Shown: piece by piece, positions 39,851-49,120 of the stretch | How the letters are laid out: each line of letters starts with the position of its first letter | How positions within the stretch are numbered: the first letter of the stretch is position 1 | Assembly: GCA_965207065.1 (NCBI GenBank) | Contig: OZ242260.1 | Location: 3,264,001-3,328,000, forward strand | DNA length: 64,000 nt | From: a bacterium | GTDB taxonomy: Bacteria; UBA8248 | Direction of reading: 5' to 3' | The notes under the pieces: generated by a model | The model's input: the letters and a program-made list of their open reading frames with translations, nothing else | Told to the model about the DNA's origin: nothing | Databases searched by the model: none | Position numbers and translations under genes: made by a program

Positions 39851-41077
39851 ATGGAGACCCTCTTGTCCCGCCTTCTGGAAAACGACTCTTTAGCGCTTCT
39901 GGGCGAAGGCGGTCTCCCCGTGCCTAGTTTCGAAGTCTGCACGGAAGCAGAAGAAGCCGCACGCGCCTTTGAGCGCATGGGCGGGCGCGCCGTCATCAAG
40001 GCGCTCGTGCCGGTCGGCAAGCGCGGGAAGGCGGGCGCGGTGAAGTTCGCCGCATCTGCTGTTGAGGCCCGCGCGCACGCTTCGGCCATCCTGGGCATGG
40101 AGGTGCGGCGCTTTCCCGTCAATAAACTCATCGTGATGGAAGCGCTCGACATCGCGCGCGAGATTTTCTGCTCCATCTCCTTCGATGCGCCGGGAAAATG
40201 CCCGCTTATCCTCTTCAGCGCCGAAGGCGGCGTGGACGTGGAGGAGTTGGCCGAACATCACCCCGACAAGCTGCTCGAGTGGCCCGTGAACATTCTGGAG
40301 GGCTTGAAGGACGAAGACGCTCTCGAACTTGTGGGGCGCGCGGGTCTCTCGGGCGAACTCGCCGGGCAGGTCGCCCGCGCGGTGTGCGCCATGTATGGGG
40401 TCTTCTGCGCCCATGACTGCGAGATGATAGAGGTGAACCCGCTGGCGGAACTGGCCGATGGCCGCGTTGTGGCGGCGGCGGGCGTGGTGCAGCTCGACGC
40501 GCAGGCGCTCTTCCGACATCCGGAGCTTGAGGCCAAGCTGGGCGTTGAGGGCGGAAACGGCTGGCGGCCTTTCACGGAGCTTGAGATGCGCATGCGCGAG
40601 ATAGACGCCATCGACCCCCACGTGGGCGCAATCCGCTTCAGCGAAATGGACGGCGACATCGGCTTCATGGTAACCGGCGGGGGGTATGGCCTCTCCAGCC
40701 TGGAAGCGCTTCTGGACTCAGGAGGCAAACCGGCCACCACGTTCGACATCACGCCCGGGCGATATGAGGAGAAAATGCGCCAGGCGGTGAAGGCCGTGCT
40801 CTCGAAGCCCGGCATCAAGGGGCTTCTCCTGGCGGGGAACGTGAGCAATTTCACGCGGGTGGATATTAAAGTCGCGGGCGTGGTTCGCGCGCTCAAGGAG
40901 GCGGAACTCGATTTCGAAAAATTCCCCGTCATCATCCGCTACGCCGGTCCGGGAGTGGAGGAAGCCAGAAAACTCATCGCCGAGGTTCCGGGCGTGGAAT
41001 GGCATGAGGATGAGGCGTCGATAGAAGACCTGGCGCGGCGGATCGTGGCGCGCAGCTACGGGAGCGATGAAAGTTGA
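39851..41077 (+). CDS. Succinyl-CoA synthetase beta-like ATP-grasp subunit (divergent paralog)
   Basis: GKRGKAGAV, EGGVDVEE, EVNPL, GGG and NFT motifs. Confidence 0.82.
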   Translation: METLLSRLLENDSLALLGEGGLPVPSFEVCTEAEEAARAFERMGGRAVIKALVPVGKRGKAGAVKFAASAVEARAHASAILGMEVRRFPVNKLIVMEALDIAREIFCSISFDAPGKCPLILFSAEGGVDVEELAEHHPDKLLEWPVNILEGLKDEDALELVGRAGLSGELAGQVARAVCAMYGVFCAHDCEMIEVNPLAELADGRVVAAAGVVQLDAQALFRHPELEAKLGVEGGNGWRPFTELEMRMREIDAIDPHVGAIRFSEMDGDIGFMVTGGGYGLSSLEALLDSGGKPATTFDITPGRYEEKMRQAVKAVLSKPGIKGLLLAGNVSNFTRVDIKVAGVVRALKEAELDFEKFPVIIRYAGPGVEEARKLIAEVPGVEWHEDEASIEDLARRIVARSYGSDES

Positions 41078-41973
41078 GCATTCTGCTGGATTCAGATACC
41101 CGCGTGCTCGTGCAGGGAGCCACGGGGGCCGAGGCGCGGCGGCTTCTGCCCACCATGACGGACTACGGCACCCGCGTGGTGGCGGGCGTGTCTCCGGGAA
41201 AAGGGGGCGAGTCGGTGGGCGGCGTGCCGGTCTACGGCGCCGTGGCGGATGCCCTGAAGGACCACGAGGTGGACCTCTCCGTGCTCTTCGTGCCGGCGCG
41301 CTTCGTGCGCGAGGCGGCTTTAGAAGCCATCGAGGCGGGCGTTCCCACCGTGCACATTCTCGCCGAGGGTGTGCCGCACCATGACGCCTGCGCGCTGCTT
41401 ACGCGCGCGAAACAGTTGGGAACCTTCGTCATCGGCCCCAACAGCCAGGGCATGGTGAGCCCCGGCAAGGCGAAGCTCGGCGGCACGGGGGGCGAGGTGC
41501 CCGACCTCATGTTCCACCCCGGCCCCGTGGGCGTGGTGAGCAGGAGCGGGGGCATGGGGGCGGAGATATGCCTTTTCCTGACGAGAGAGGGAATCGGCCA
41601 GAGCACCTACGTGGCCCTGGGCGGTGATCTTTTAATCGGCTCCGCCTTCGTCGAGATGCTCGCCCTGTTTGAGGATGATCCCGAGACGCGCGTCGTCGTC
41701 ATGTTCGGCGAACCCGGCACGGACAGGGAAGAAGAGGCGGCGCGCTTCATCGATTCGGGCGGATTCACGAAACCCGTCGTGGCGATGATCCCCGGCGAGT
41801 TCTGGGAAACCTCGCCCACGCCCGCGAGCGTGAGCCACACCGGCGCGCTCATCGAGCGGGGCCGCGGCGCGCCCTCGGGCAAGAAAAGGCTCCTGAAAGA
41901 GGCGGGCGTTCTCGTCGCCGAGCGATTCTCGCAGGTGGTGCCCCTCGTGAAAGAAGCCCTCCAGAGAGCTTAA
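41074..41973 (+). CDS. Succinyl-CoA synthetase alpha-like CoA-binding subunit
   Basis: VQGATG, PGKGG, IGPNSQG, SRSGG, phospho-His motif SHTGA. Confidence 0.85.
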   Translation: MSILLDSDTRVLVQGATGAEARRLLPTMTDYGTRVVAGVSPGKGGESVGGVPVYGAVADALKDHEVDLSVLFVPARFVREAALEAIEAGVPTVHILAEGVPHHDACALLTRAKQLGTFVIGPNSQGMVSPGKAKLGGTGGEVPDLMFHPGPVGVVSRSGGMGAEICLFLTREGIGQSTYVALGGDLLIGSAFVEMLALFEDDPETRVVVMFGEPGTDREEEAARFIDSGGFTKPVVAMIPGEFWETSPTPASVSHTGALIERGRGAPSGKKRLLKEAGVLVAERFSQVVPLVKEALQRA

Positions 41974-42022
41974 GAAAACGACCGGAAGCCCGACGCAAAT
42001 CCACGAAAGCATTAATCCTTGA

Positions 42023-42092
42023 GGGGAAGTCGTATACATGCGACCCAGCCTTATCGCCTTCCAGCGACGGGCCACATGTATACGGCCCCTAC
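42023..42092. repeat. Degenerate GTAG-type REP pair
   Basis: GTCGTATACATGCGACCC and GGGCCACATGTATACGGCCCCTAC hairpins downstream of the alpha-subunit gene. Confidence 0.55.
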
Positions 42093-42260
42093 AGGTGACA
42101 TAATCGCCAAGTTCGCTTTTGGCCGCGGGCGATTTCTGTCTTGAGGGTATCGGTACCATGGCAAAAAAAGGAGTGATTGAACTACACGTTCTAGCGACTT
42201 ATACTTGTTCATCAGAGGGAAGCATAGGCAAGAAACGACGAAATAAAAAAAGGACTCAAC

Positions 42261-42827
42261 ATGGATAAAGAGAAAACAGCGGCTAAAACGAAAACGCTTC
42301 ATTGGTGGTTGCTTTGGATAGGTTCTCCGGTGGCGATATTCGCCATGCTGGGAGGCGGGTTGCTTTATATCGCCCAGGCCGAAGTAAAGCCCGTGGTTGC
42401 GAAAGTGGACGCGGAAGTCAAAAGACTCGACGGAGTGGACGGGCAGCTCCAGAAGCAAATCACCGATGTCAAAATGAGTCTGGACGAGCGACTGAAGCAA
42501 CTCCACGCGGACCTGAACGCCTTCAAGGCCCAAATGCATGAAGATTTGAAAAGATTGGCCACCAGAGATGACTTCGGTTACCTGAAATCAGACATGGGCA
42601 ATCTGAAAACTGAAATGGGTAGCCTGAAATCAGACGTAGGTAGTCTGAAAACTGAAATGGACAGCATGAAATCAGACGTGGACAGCATGAAAGCTGATGT
42701 GGGTAGTATGAAATCAGACGTGGGCAGTATGACAGCCGAGTTGACTAATCTGAAAGAAAAACTTATCACGCCGCAACAGATACGAACCATCATGAGGGAA
42801 GTGCTGGAGGAGCAACGCACCCGATAA
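42261..42827 (+). CDS. Membrane-anchored coiled-coil protein with heptad tandem repeats
   Basis: AAGGA RBS, N-terminal TM helix, (L/M)K(S/T/A)(D/E)(M/V)(G/D)S repeats. Confidence 0.75.
   Translation: MDKEKTAAKTKTLHWWLLWIGSPVAIFAMLGGGLLYIAQAEVKPVVAKVDAEVKRLDGVDGQLQKQITDVKMSLDERLKQLHADLNAFKAQMHEDLKRLATRDDFGYLKSDMGNLKTEMGSLKSDVGSLKTEMDSMKSDVDSMKADVGSMKSDVGSMTAELTNLKEKLITPQQIRTIMREVLEEQRTR
42582..42749 (+). repeat. 21-bp coding tandem repeat (7 good copies plus 1 degenerate)
   Basis: CTGAAATCAGACATGGGCAAT / CTGAAAACTGAAATGGGTAGC / CTGAAATCAGACGTAGGTAGT ... Confidence 0.85.
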
Positions 42828-42959
42828 GTCCGGACGAGTTTTCAGGAACCGCATCCACCGAATCGCCCCTGCAAAAACTGGCCGTGATTTTTTTTTGGAA
42901 GAGGGGATACCTGCCTGCTTGAACCAAAACCCGCTTAGGCGGCGAGAGAGCAGGCCCTA

Positions 42960-43715
42960 TCACACCATCGTCGCTCCGCCGTTCACGTCGAGCGTGACGC
43001 CTGTGATATAGGCCGCCTCCTTGCTGCAAAGGAAAACGACGGCTTCGGCTATCTCGCGGGATTCCGAGAGTCTGCCCACGGGCGATGATTTTTCGATGTG
43101 GGCGATGCGCTCGGGGGTTCTGATTTTGAGCCCTCGCGGCGTCTGCACGTTGGCAGGCGCCACGGCGTTTACGGTGACGCCGTGCGGGCCGAGTTCGCGC
43201 GCCGCCTGGCGGGTCAGGCCGAGCACGCCCGCTTTGGCGGCGGTGTAATGCGGCGGATTAGGGTTCACGCCGCTGCGCGCGGCCATGCTCGAGAGCGTGA
43301 CGAAGCGCCCATAGTTCGACGCCACCATCAGGGGCGCGACGGCCTTCAAGAGATAGAACATCGATTTCAGGTTCGAGTTCACCACGCCGTCCCAGGCCTC
43401 TACGGGACATTCGAGCAGGCCCACGTATTGCGGAAACCCACCAGCGCTGTGCACGAGAACGTCAATACGGCCTGCCCGGCGGTGTGCCTCGTTGACTGCG
43501 GTTTCGGTCGCCTCCCAGTCGGTGAGGTCGACGACGGCGGAGTGAGCCGCGCCTCCGCTTTCGTTGATGGAATTCGTGACGGCTTCGGCGCCTTCCGCGT
43601 CGAAATCCATGACGGTGACCGAAGCCCCCCTTTGGGCGAGGATTCTCGCCGTGGATTCACCGATGCCCGTCGCCGCGCCCGTGACGATGGCGCTTTGCCC
43701 CTCGAAGCCGCTCAT
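42960..43715 (-). CDS. Short-chain dehydrogenase/reductase
   Basis: TGAATGIG, YTAAK, NAVAP, VNGG motifs. Confidence 0.92.
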   Translation of the reverse strand: MSGFEGQSAIVTGAATGIGESTARILAQRGASVTVMDFDAEGAEAVTNSINESGGAAHSAVVDLTDWEATETAVNEAHRRAGRIDVLVHSAGGFPQYVGLLECPVEAWDGVVNSNLKSMFYLLKAVAPLMVASNYGRFVTLSSMAARSGVNPNPPHYTAAKAGVLGLTRQAARELGPHGVTVNAVAPANVQTPRGLKIRTPERIAHIEKSSPVGRLSESREIAEAVVFLCSKEAAYITGVTLDVNGGATMV

Positions 43716-43732
43716 ATCACTTTCCTTTTCAT

Positions 43733-43773
43733 AAAAAAAACGGCGCGCGACGACCCTAGCCGCCGCGCGCCGC
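43733..43773 (-). terminator. Rho-independent terminator after dctP
   Basis: CGGCGCGCG...CGCGCGCCG stem followed by a T8 run on the minus strand. Confidence 0.7.
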
Positions 43774-43784
43774 AGGGTTTCCCG

Positions 43785-44795
43785 CTATTTTTGCATGTCG
43801 AGAATCTTGTTGATGAGGGTCATGCCGCCGAGCTTCTCGCCGAATTTCTTGTAAACCGGCTTCACGGCATCTACGAAGGGCTTGAGGTCGGGATAATCAA
43901 TTTTGAGGCCCTTGGCTTCGAACTTGCCGACCAGCTCTTTATCGAGAGTCTCGGAATAGCTGGTCAGCCATGCCGTGCTGTCGGTCGCAGCCTTCTGGAC
44001 GCCTTTCTGGATATTCTTGGGGAGTCCGCTGAAGTACTTGTCGTTGATGGTGATCACGCACACCGTCAATTGATGGTTGGTGACCGACATGTACTTCTGC
44101 ACCTCGTAGAACTTCATCGACCACTGCCAGGTTGTCCCGCCGTCCTGCCCGTCGACGACCTTCTGGGCCAGAGCGCTGAAGACCTCGGTCGGCGCCATGC
44201 CGATGGTGCTCCCACCGAATGACTTGTAGGTCTCGACCATAACCGGGTTCTTGGCGATGCGCATGCGCAGGTCGCCCAGGTCGGACGGCTTCAGGATGGG
44301 GTGCTTGCTGTTCGCCATTTTTCGGAATGAACACGGCCAGGAACTCAGGATGCGGATGCCGGATTTCTTCCTGTAGTTCTCGGCGATTGTCTTGCCGATG
44401 TCGCTGTTCAACACCTTGGCGGCGCTCCTGAAGTTCTTGAAAAGGAAGGGAAGCGTGTAGACGTCTATCCGGCGGTCGAAACGGGAGATATTGTTCGTCA
44501 CGACCGTCTGCATCTGGACCGAGCCGAGCTGGACCTTCTTCGCGGCGATGCTGTCCTTCCCGAGCTGGGAGGAGGGGAATATCTGGGTGTCGGCTTCCCC
44601 AGCGGTGTAGATGCGCAGGTAGTTCTGAAAGGTCGTGGCGGCTGCCGTGTAGAGCATGTCGGGTTTCGGGGGGCTGTTGTGGGCGAACTTCATCACATGC
44701 TTTGCGGCCTCGGCCCGTGGAACCGCGATGCCGACCAGACCCGCGATGAGAATGACGCCCATGATCATCGTAAAACCTTTTTTCAGATGTCGCAT
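43785..44795 (-). CDS. dctP: TRAP transporter substrate-binding protein
   Basis: Signal peptide, FPSSQLG, LPFLF, LRMRI, EVFSALAQKVVDGQD motifs. Confidence 0.92.
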   Translation of the reverse strand: MRHLKKGFTMIMGVILIAGLVGIAVPRAEAAKHVMKFAHNSPPKPDMLYTAAATTFQNYLRIYTAGEADTQIFPSSQLGKDSIAAKKVQLGSVQMQTVVTNNISRFDRRIDVYTLPFLFKNFRSAAKVLNSDIGKTIAENYRKKSGIRILSSWPCSFRKMANSKHPILKPSDLGDLRMRIAKNPVMVETYKSFGGSTIGMAPTEVFSALAQKVVDGQDGGTTWQWSMKFYEVQKYMSVTNHQLTVCVITINDKYFSGLPKNIQKGVQKAATDSTAWLTSYSETLDKELVGKFEAKGLKIDYPDLKPFVDAVKPVYKKFGEKLGGMTLINKILDMQK

Positions 44796-44820
44796 GTCTT
44801 TCCTCCTTTGGGTTCGTTCC

Positions 44821-46107
44821 TCATCTGCCGAAGAGCAGATTTGGCAGGATGAGGGAGATGCTGGGGAAATACGAGAAAATGAGAACGGCTAAGAACATCG
44901 TCGCGATGAAGGGCAGAACGGCTTTGGCGATGGCGCCCAGCGTCGTGTCCGCGATGCCCAGGGCGACGAACAGACTCGTTCCCAGTGGCGGCGTGAGGTA
45001 GCCAATCTCGCAGTTCACCACGAAAACGATGCCGAAGTGGATGGGGTCTATGCCTACGGACTTGACGACCGGGAGGAACAGGGGCGTCAGGATGATGATC
45101 TGCGCCATCGTGTTGAGCCACATCCCCACGAAAGTGAGGAACAGGCTGATCAAGATGAGGATGAGGAAGGGCGACGTCGTCATGGTTTTGATGAACGCGG
45201 TGACCATCTGGGGAATCTGGTGGATGGTGATCAACTCCCCATACGCCAGCGACGCCCCCCAGATGATGGCGATGGTTCCGGTGATGAGCGAAGCGATCTC
45301 CAGGCAATCCTGCGTCGTCTTCCAGTCCAGTTCCTTGTACACGAAAGCACCGATCGCATAGCCGTAGAGTACGGCGATGACGGCGCTCTCCGTCGGCGTG
45401 ACGAAGCCGCCGTAGATGCCGCCGAGAATTACGACCGGCGCCATCAACGCCCAGCGGGAATCCCATACCGTGCGCAGCGTGCGAGCGAGGTTGAACGGCT
45501 CGCCCGGCTCGTTCGGCGTCTTGTGGCGCGCCATGAAGGACGCGCAGATCATCAGCATGCAGCCCAGGATGAGGCCGGGCAGAAAACCCGCAACGAACAA
45601 ACGGGTGACGGACTCGTCCGCGCTCACGCCGTATACGATGAGGGCTCCGCTCGGAGGGATCAGGATTCCCAGCGTGCCGCCGCATGCCGATACGGCCCCC
45701 GAGTAATTTCTGTCGTAATGGCGGCGGAGCATGGTGGGGATCATGATGCCCCCCACGGCGGCCGTCGTGGCGGGGCCGGAGCCCGAGATGGCCGAGAAAA
45801 GCATGCACGCGAGTATAGTGACGTGGGCGAGGCCGCCCCGGACGTTTCCCACCAGGCAGTCGGCCACCGAGATCAGCCTTTTGCTGATGCCCCCTTTTTC
45901 CATGAGCGCGCCCGCAAGCAGGAACATGGGAACGGCGATGAAGGGGAACTTGTCCAGCCCGTCGTAGTAGGAGAGGGCGAGACTCTCCAGCGGCAAGTCC
46001 GTCAGCCAGTAAACCAGGACCGACGCGGTGCCGAGGGCGACGCCGATGGGTACGCGCAATGCCAGGAAGATGGCCAGCGAACCGAGCAGAACGAGGGGCA
46101 TGTTCAT
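44821..46107 (-). CDS. dctM: TRAP transporter large permease
   Basis: SAISGSGPAT, LIPPS, TPTES, GIDPIHFG, TPPLG motifs. Confidence 0.93.
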   Translation of the reverse strand: MNMPLVLLGSLAIFLALRVPIGVALGTASVLVYWLTDLPLESLALSYYDGLDKFPFIAVPMFLLAGALMEKGGISKRLISVADCLVGNVRGGLAHVTILACMLFSAISGSGPATTAAVGGIMIPTMLRRHYDRNYSGAVSACGGTLGILIPPSGALIVYGVSADESVTRLFVAGFLPGLILGCMLMICASFMARHKTPNEPGEPFNLARTLRTVWDSRWALMAPVVILGGIYGGFVTPTESAVIAVLYGYAIGAFVYKELDWKTTQDCLEIASLITGTIAIIWGASLAYGELITIHQIPQMVTAFIKTMTTSPFLILILISLFLTFVGMWLNTMAQIIILTPLFLPVVKSVGIDPIHFGIVFVVNCEIGYLTPPLGTSLFVALGIADTTLGAIAKAVLPFIATMFLAVLIFSYFPSISLILPNLLFGR

Positions 46108-46598
46108 ACTTCTTCGTCCAGTTTTTCCGTTTGGTAGAGAACCTCGGGGCCGCCCAGAATGTAGACCCGGTACATGTGGAAGGCGAGGCGGATCGACATG
46201 AGAGCGAAGCCCACGGGTATGATGCCGTGAACGATCGCTTCCGGAATTTCGAGAACGTCGGTTTCCGAATAATTCTCGATTTCACTCCAGACGAAAAGAA
46301 ATCCGTAGTAGGTCATGACGATATTGAAGAGGAGCCAAAGGGAGTCGGCGAAGATGGAGAACGACGACTTCCATAAATCCGGCAGGATCATGTCGAGCGC
46401 GGTGACGCGTATGTGCCGGCCCTGAATGATGATCCAGCTGATCGAAAGATAGATGAACCAGACGAAAACGATGCGCGAGAACTCTTCGATCCAGTTGATG
46501 GAGGTGTAGAAAACGTAGCGCGCGATGATCTGGGCCGTAAGCATGAGGGTGAGCGCGAGCAGAAGTAACCATGAGACATTTCGTTCGATATTTCGCAC
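46104..46598 (-). CDS. dctQ: TRAP transporter small permease
   Basis: QIIARY, WIEEFSR, HIRV motifs; four TM segments; start uncertain. Confidence 0.88.
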   Translation of the reverse strand: MRNIERNVSWLLLLALTLMLTAQIIARYVFYTSINWIEEFSRIVFVWFIYLSISWIIIQGRHIRVTALDMILPDLWKSSFSIFADSLWLLFNIVMTYYGFLFVWSEIENYSETDVLEIPEAIVHGIIPVGFALMSIRLAFHMYRVYILGGPEVLYQTEKLDEEV

Positions 46599-46728
46599 GT
46601 TTGGCTTTCCCGTCTTGCGAGGAATGGAGCCGCATGCCTGTCATTAATTTGTGTATGGAGGCAGTTTAGTTTGTTTCGGCGCAAGCGGTCAATGCCAGCG
46701 GAGGGTTGCGTGGTGGGGTAGGATGGAC

Positions 46729-47532
46729 TCAGGCGTCCTGCGCTTCACGGAAGACTCCTTTTTCTTTCAGCCTGTCGTAAAAGCGCACGACCGCCCCTCG
46801 CAGGGGCTCGTCGAGATATCCGAGAATTTCCCCGTACAGATTTTTTGGAACACCGAAGCGGGCCTCGGCAATGCTTCCCGCAATGGCCGCGAGCGTATCT
46901 GCATCCCCGCCGAGAGAAACAGCGAGACGAAGCGCGTCCTCGAAGCTCTCAGCCTCGAGTGCGGCGGTGAAGGCTTGGGGGCAGGTCCCCTGGCATGTCT
47001 CATCGAAGCAGTATTCCGGGCGGATTTCATCACACGTGCGCGAGAGGTCATACCCGTAGCGGCGTGCGAGTTCTTCTCGCAGCGTTTCCGGCGCCACCCC
47101 CATGCGCGCGCTCCAGATTGTCCATGCGGTCGCTTCCGCGCCCTTGATTCCCTCCGGGTGGTTGTGGGTCGGCATGGCGCTCGCCCTTGCGAGAGCGACG
47201 CAATCCGCCTCGCTCTCCGCGAGCCAGGCGGTGGACGAGACGCGCATGGCCGCGCCGTTTCCATAGCTTCCGTAAGGTTTTGAATCCTCTCCGTGAAGCC
47301 ACATTGCGAATCTGTGTCCATATCCTCCCGCTGGATGGGGATACATGCGGCCCCATTCCTTCATTTTCTTTCCGATCTCCTCGCCCGTGAGCAGGGCGTC
47401 GGCGACGGCCGCGGTCATGATCGTGTCGTCGGTGAAGGTGTTTCGGGGGCCGATCAGTCGGAAGTCCTTCGTCTTGGTGCCGTTGAACTCATGAACGCTA
47501 CCGACGACGTCGCCCGCAATCGCTCCCATCAT
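46729..47532 (-). CDS. ADP-ribosylglycohydrolase (DraG/ARH family)
   Basis: GAIAGD, FTDDT, SYGNGAAMR, THNHPEG, GGDADT motifs. Confidence 0.92.
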   Translation of the reverse strand: MMGAIAGDVVGSVHEFNGTKTKDFRLIGPRNTFTDDTIMTAAVADALLTGEEIGKKMKEWGRMYPHPAGGYGHRFAMWLHGEDSKPYGSYGNGAAMRVSSTAWLAESEADCVALARASAMPTHNHPEGIKGAEATAWTIWSARMGVAPETLREELARRYGYDLSRTCDEIRPEYCFDETCQGTCPQAFTAALEAESFEDALRLAVSLGGDADTLAAIAGSIAEARFGVPKNLYGEILGYLDEPLRGAVVRFYDRLKEKGVFREAQDA

Positions 47533-47674
47533 GCGCGGCTTCTCCTTTCCGCGTCCGCCTCGCAGGGGTTTGGGAATTTCTCTTCCGGAAAACACCGGGC
47601 GGCGGAGCAAAGCTCCAGGACACACGAATAGCGGTAGAGGAGGTAAATGCCACTAACTGAATGTACGCAAGATT

Positions 47675-48451
47675 TCAGGCACATGGATCGAATGGCTGGT
47701 TAAACACACGGATCAACGGGATGAAGGGTGTGCAGTTGCAATCGAGGCATTTTCCCCAGCACGAATTGTCGACAATTCCATTACTATGGTTTATGAGCGC
47801 ACGCTCCCAATCCGCCTTGGACTTGAACAATTTCCCGTTTTTCGCCATATCCTTGGTATTGAGGAATCCCAGATAGACGAGAACGACGGGGATTCCCAGC
47901 GAAGCCAGTTTCCAGGACCAGGCGAACCGGTTCGACAACTGGTAATGCGTGTCTCTGGATAAATTCCAAGGGTTTCCGGTCAGTTTCGTTAGCCCGTCGT
48001 TCGCCTTCGAGATCGCCTGAGCGATTTTTTCATGGTTTTTGTGGCTGTTTGGTTTAGCACCTAGCTTAGGTGGTGTTTTGCCTGAAACAGACAATTCGTT
48101 TTCATGAGCTTTGGCTTCGAGTAGAAGGAATCCCTGCTCTCCCATAATTTCGCAGGTGCTGGCTATGTCCCAAGTTGGCGTACGTGATCCTCTTGGAGCG
48201 GCTAGCCACCAGTTCTGAAGTTTGAATCGGATCACGGGCGAAACGAAATTGTCCGATTTATCTAGTTGGGGTTCTTTGACGGGAGTCTTGCCGCAAGGCC
48301 TCCATTCATTATCAGGAGATACTGCCACGCTTGGAGAATCCACCAATTGAGTCAGGCATTTGGCGACTTCGTTTCGGTTGCCGTCTGTGAGTAATACACA
48401 ACGCGGACGGCTTCCCTGGTTGTCTTTGCCTAGTCCTTCCCACCATTTCAT
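47675..48451 (-). CDS. Hypothetical protein, probable PD-(D/E)xK nuclease fold
   Basis: PTWD...LLLEAKAH and HYQLSNR motifs; visibly AT-richer than flanks. Confidence 0.6.
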   Translation of the reverse strand: MKWWEGLGKDNQGSRPRCVLLTDGNRNEVAKCLTQLVDSPSVAVSPDNEWRPCGKTPVKEPQLDKSDNFVSPVIRFKLQNWWLAAPRGSRTPTWDIASTCEIMGEQGFLLLEAKAHENELSVSGKTPPKLGAKPNSHKNHEKIAQAISKANDGLTKLTGNPWNLSRDTHYQLSNRFAWSWKLASLGIPVVLVYLGFLNTKDMAKNGKLFKSKADWERALINHSNGIVDNSCWGKCLDCNCTPFIPLIRVFNQPFDPCA

Positions 48452-48575
48452 GACTTCTTCCGTCTATGCCGTTCGGTGCAACTGCACGTCAGCCCCAAAC
48501 GTCTTCTCTGGATTCCCGGTGAGCGCGCGCGTCGCCTAATATGTTCATGCGGGCTTTTTGTTTTCGAGCGCAACG

Positions 48576-48962
48576 CTACCCCCCCATCTGCGCGACGCGA
48601 CGCGCCATCCATTCGACGTAGGCCGTCCGCGTCATCCCACGTCTGGCGGCTTCGCCGTCGATAAAGGCGGCGACGCCTTCGTCAAGCGACAGATTGGCGC
48701 GGACGTTGCGTCCCGAGAGGCGAATTATCGGAATGGAGACGAGCACGCACCCGGGCGGGGTGTCTACGTTCTCGATGGCGGTCGGAGGGAGAACCTCTTC
48801 GTCGTGCTTTTCCACCTCAATCACGTAGTCGCGCAAGGCTTCCTCGGCGTTGATGAGCGCCTCATCCAGGGTCTTGCCCATGGCGGCAATGCCGGGAAGA
48901 TCAGGAAAGATGACGCCGTATGCGCCCTGCTCACCATCGATCAATGCGGGATATCGGGCCAT
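48576..48962 (-). CDS. hicB: HicB-family antitoxin
   Basis: YGVIFPDLPG..AMGKTLDEALINAEEAL plus C-terminal RHH (RANLSLD). Confidence 0.9.
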   Translation of the reverse strand: MARYPALIDGEQGAYGVIFPDLPGIAAMGKTLDEALINAEEALRDYVIEVEKHDEEVLPPTAIENVDTPPGCVLVSIPIIRLSGRNVRANLSLDEGVAAFIDGEAARRGMTRTAYVEWMARRVAQMGG

Positions 48963-48974
48963 GGTCGTGCCCTC

Positions 48975-49120
48975 CTAGTCTGTCCATCCGGCTTGTATAG
49001 CAATTGTACGGACGACCCCCGGCGTGAGCGTACGGTGGCGCGGCAGCTAATCGTGCCGCTTTTGCGCGGGTGCCGATAGATGTCGTGGTTCGAGCCGTGG
49101 CGCGCTTCTCCCGCCGTCGC
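48975..49120 (-). pseudogene. hicA: hicA toxin remnant (5'-truncated, frameshifted)
   Basis: ARHGSNHDIYRHPRKSGTI in one frame and LPRHRTLTPGVVRTIAIQAGWTD* in another; no proper start; abuts the upstream gene's stop codon. Confidence 0.8.
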
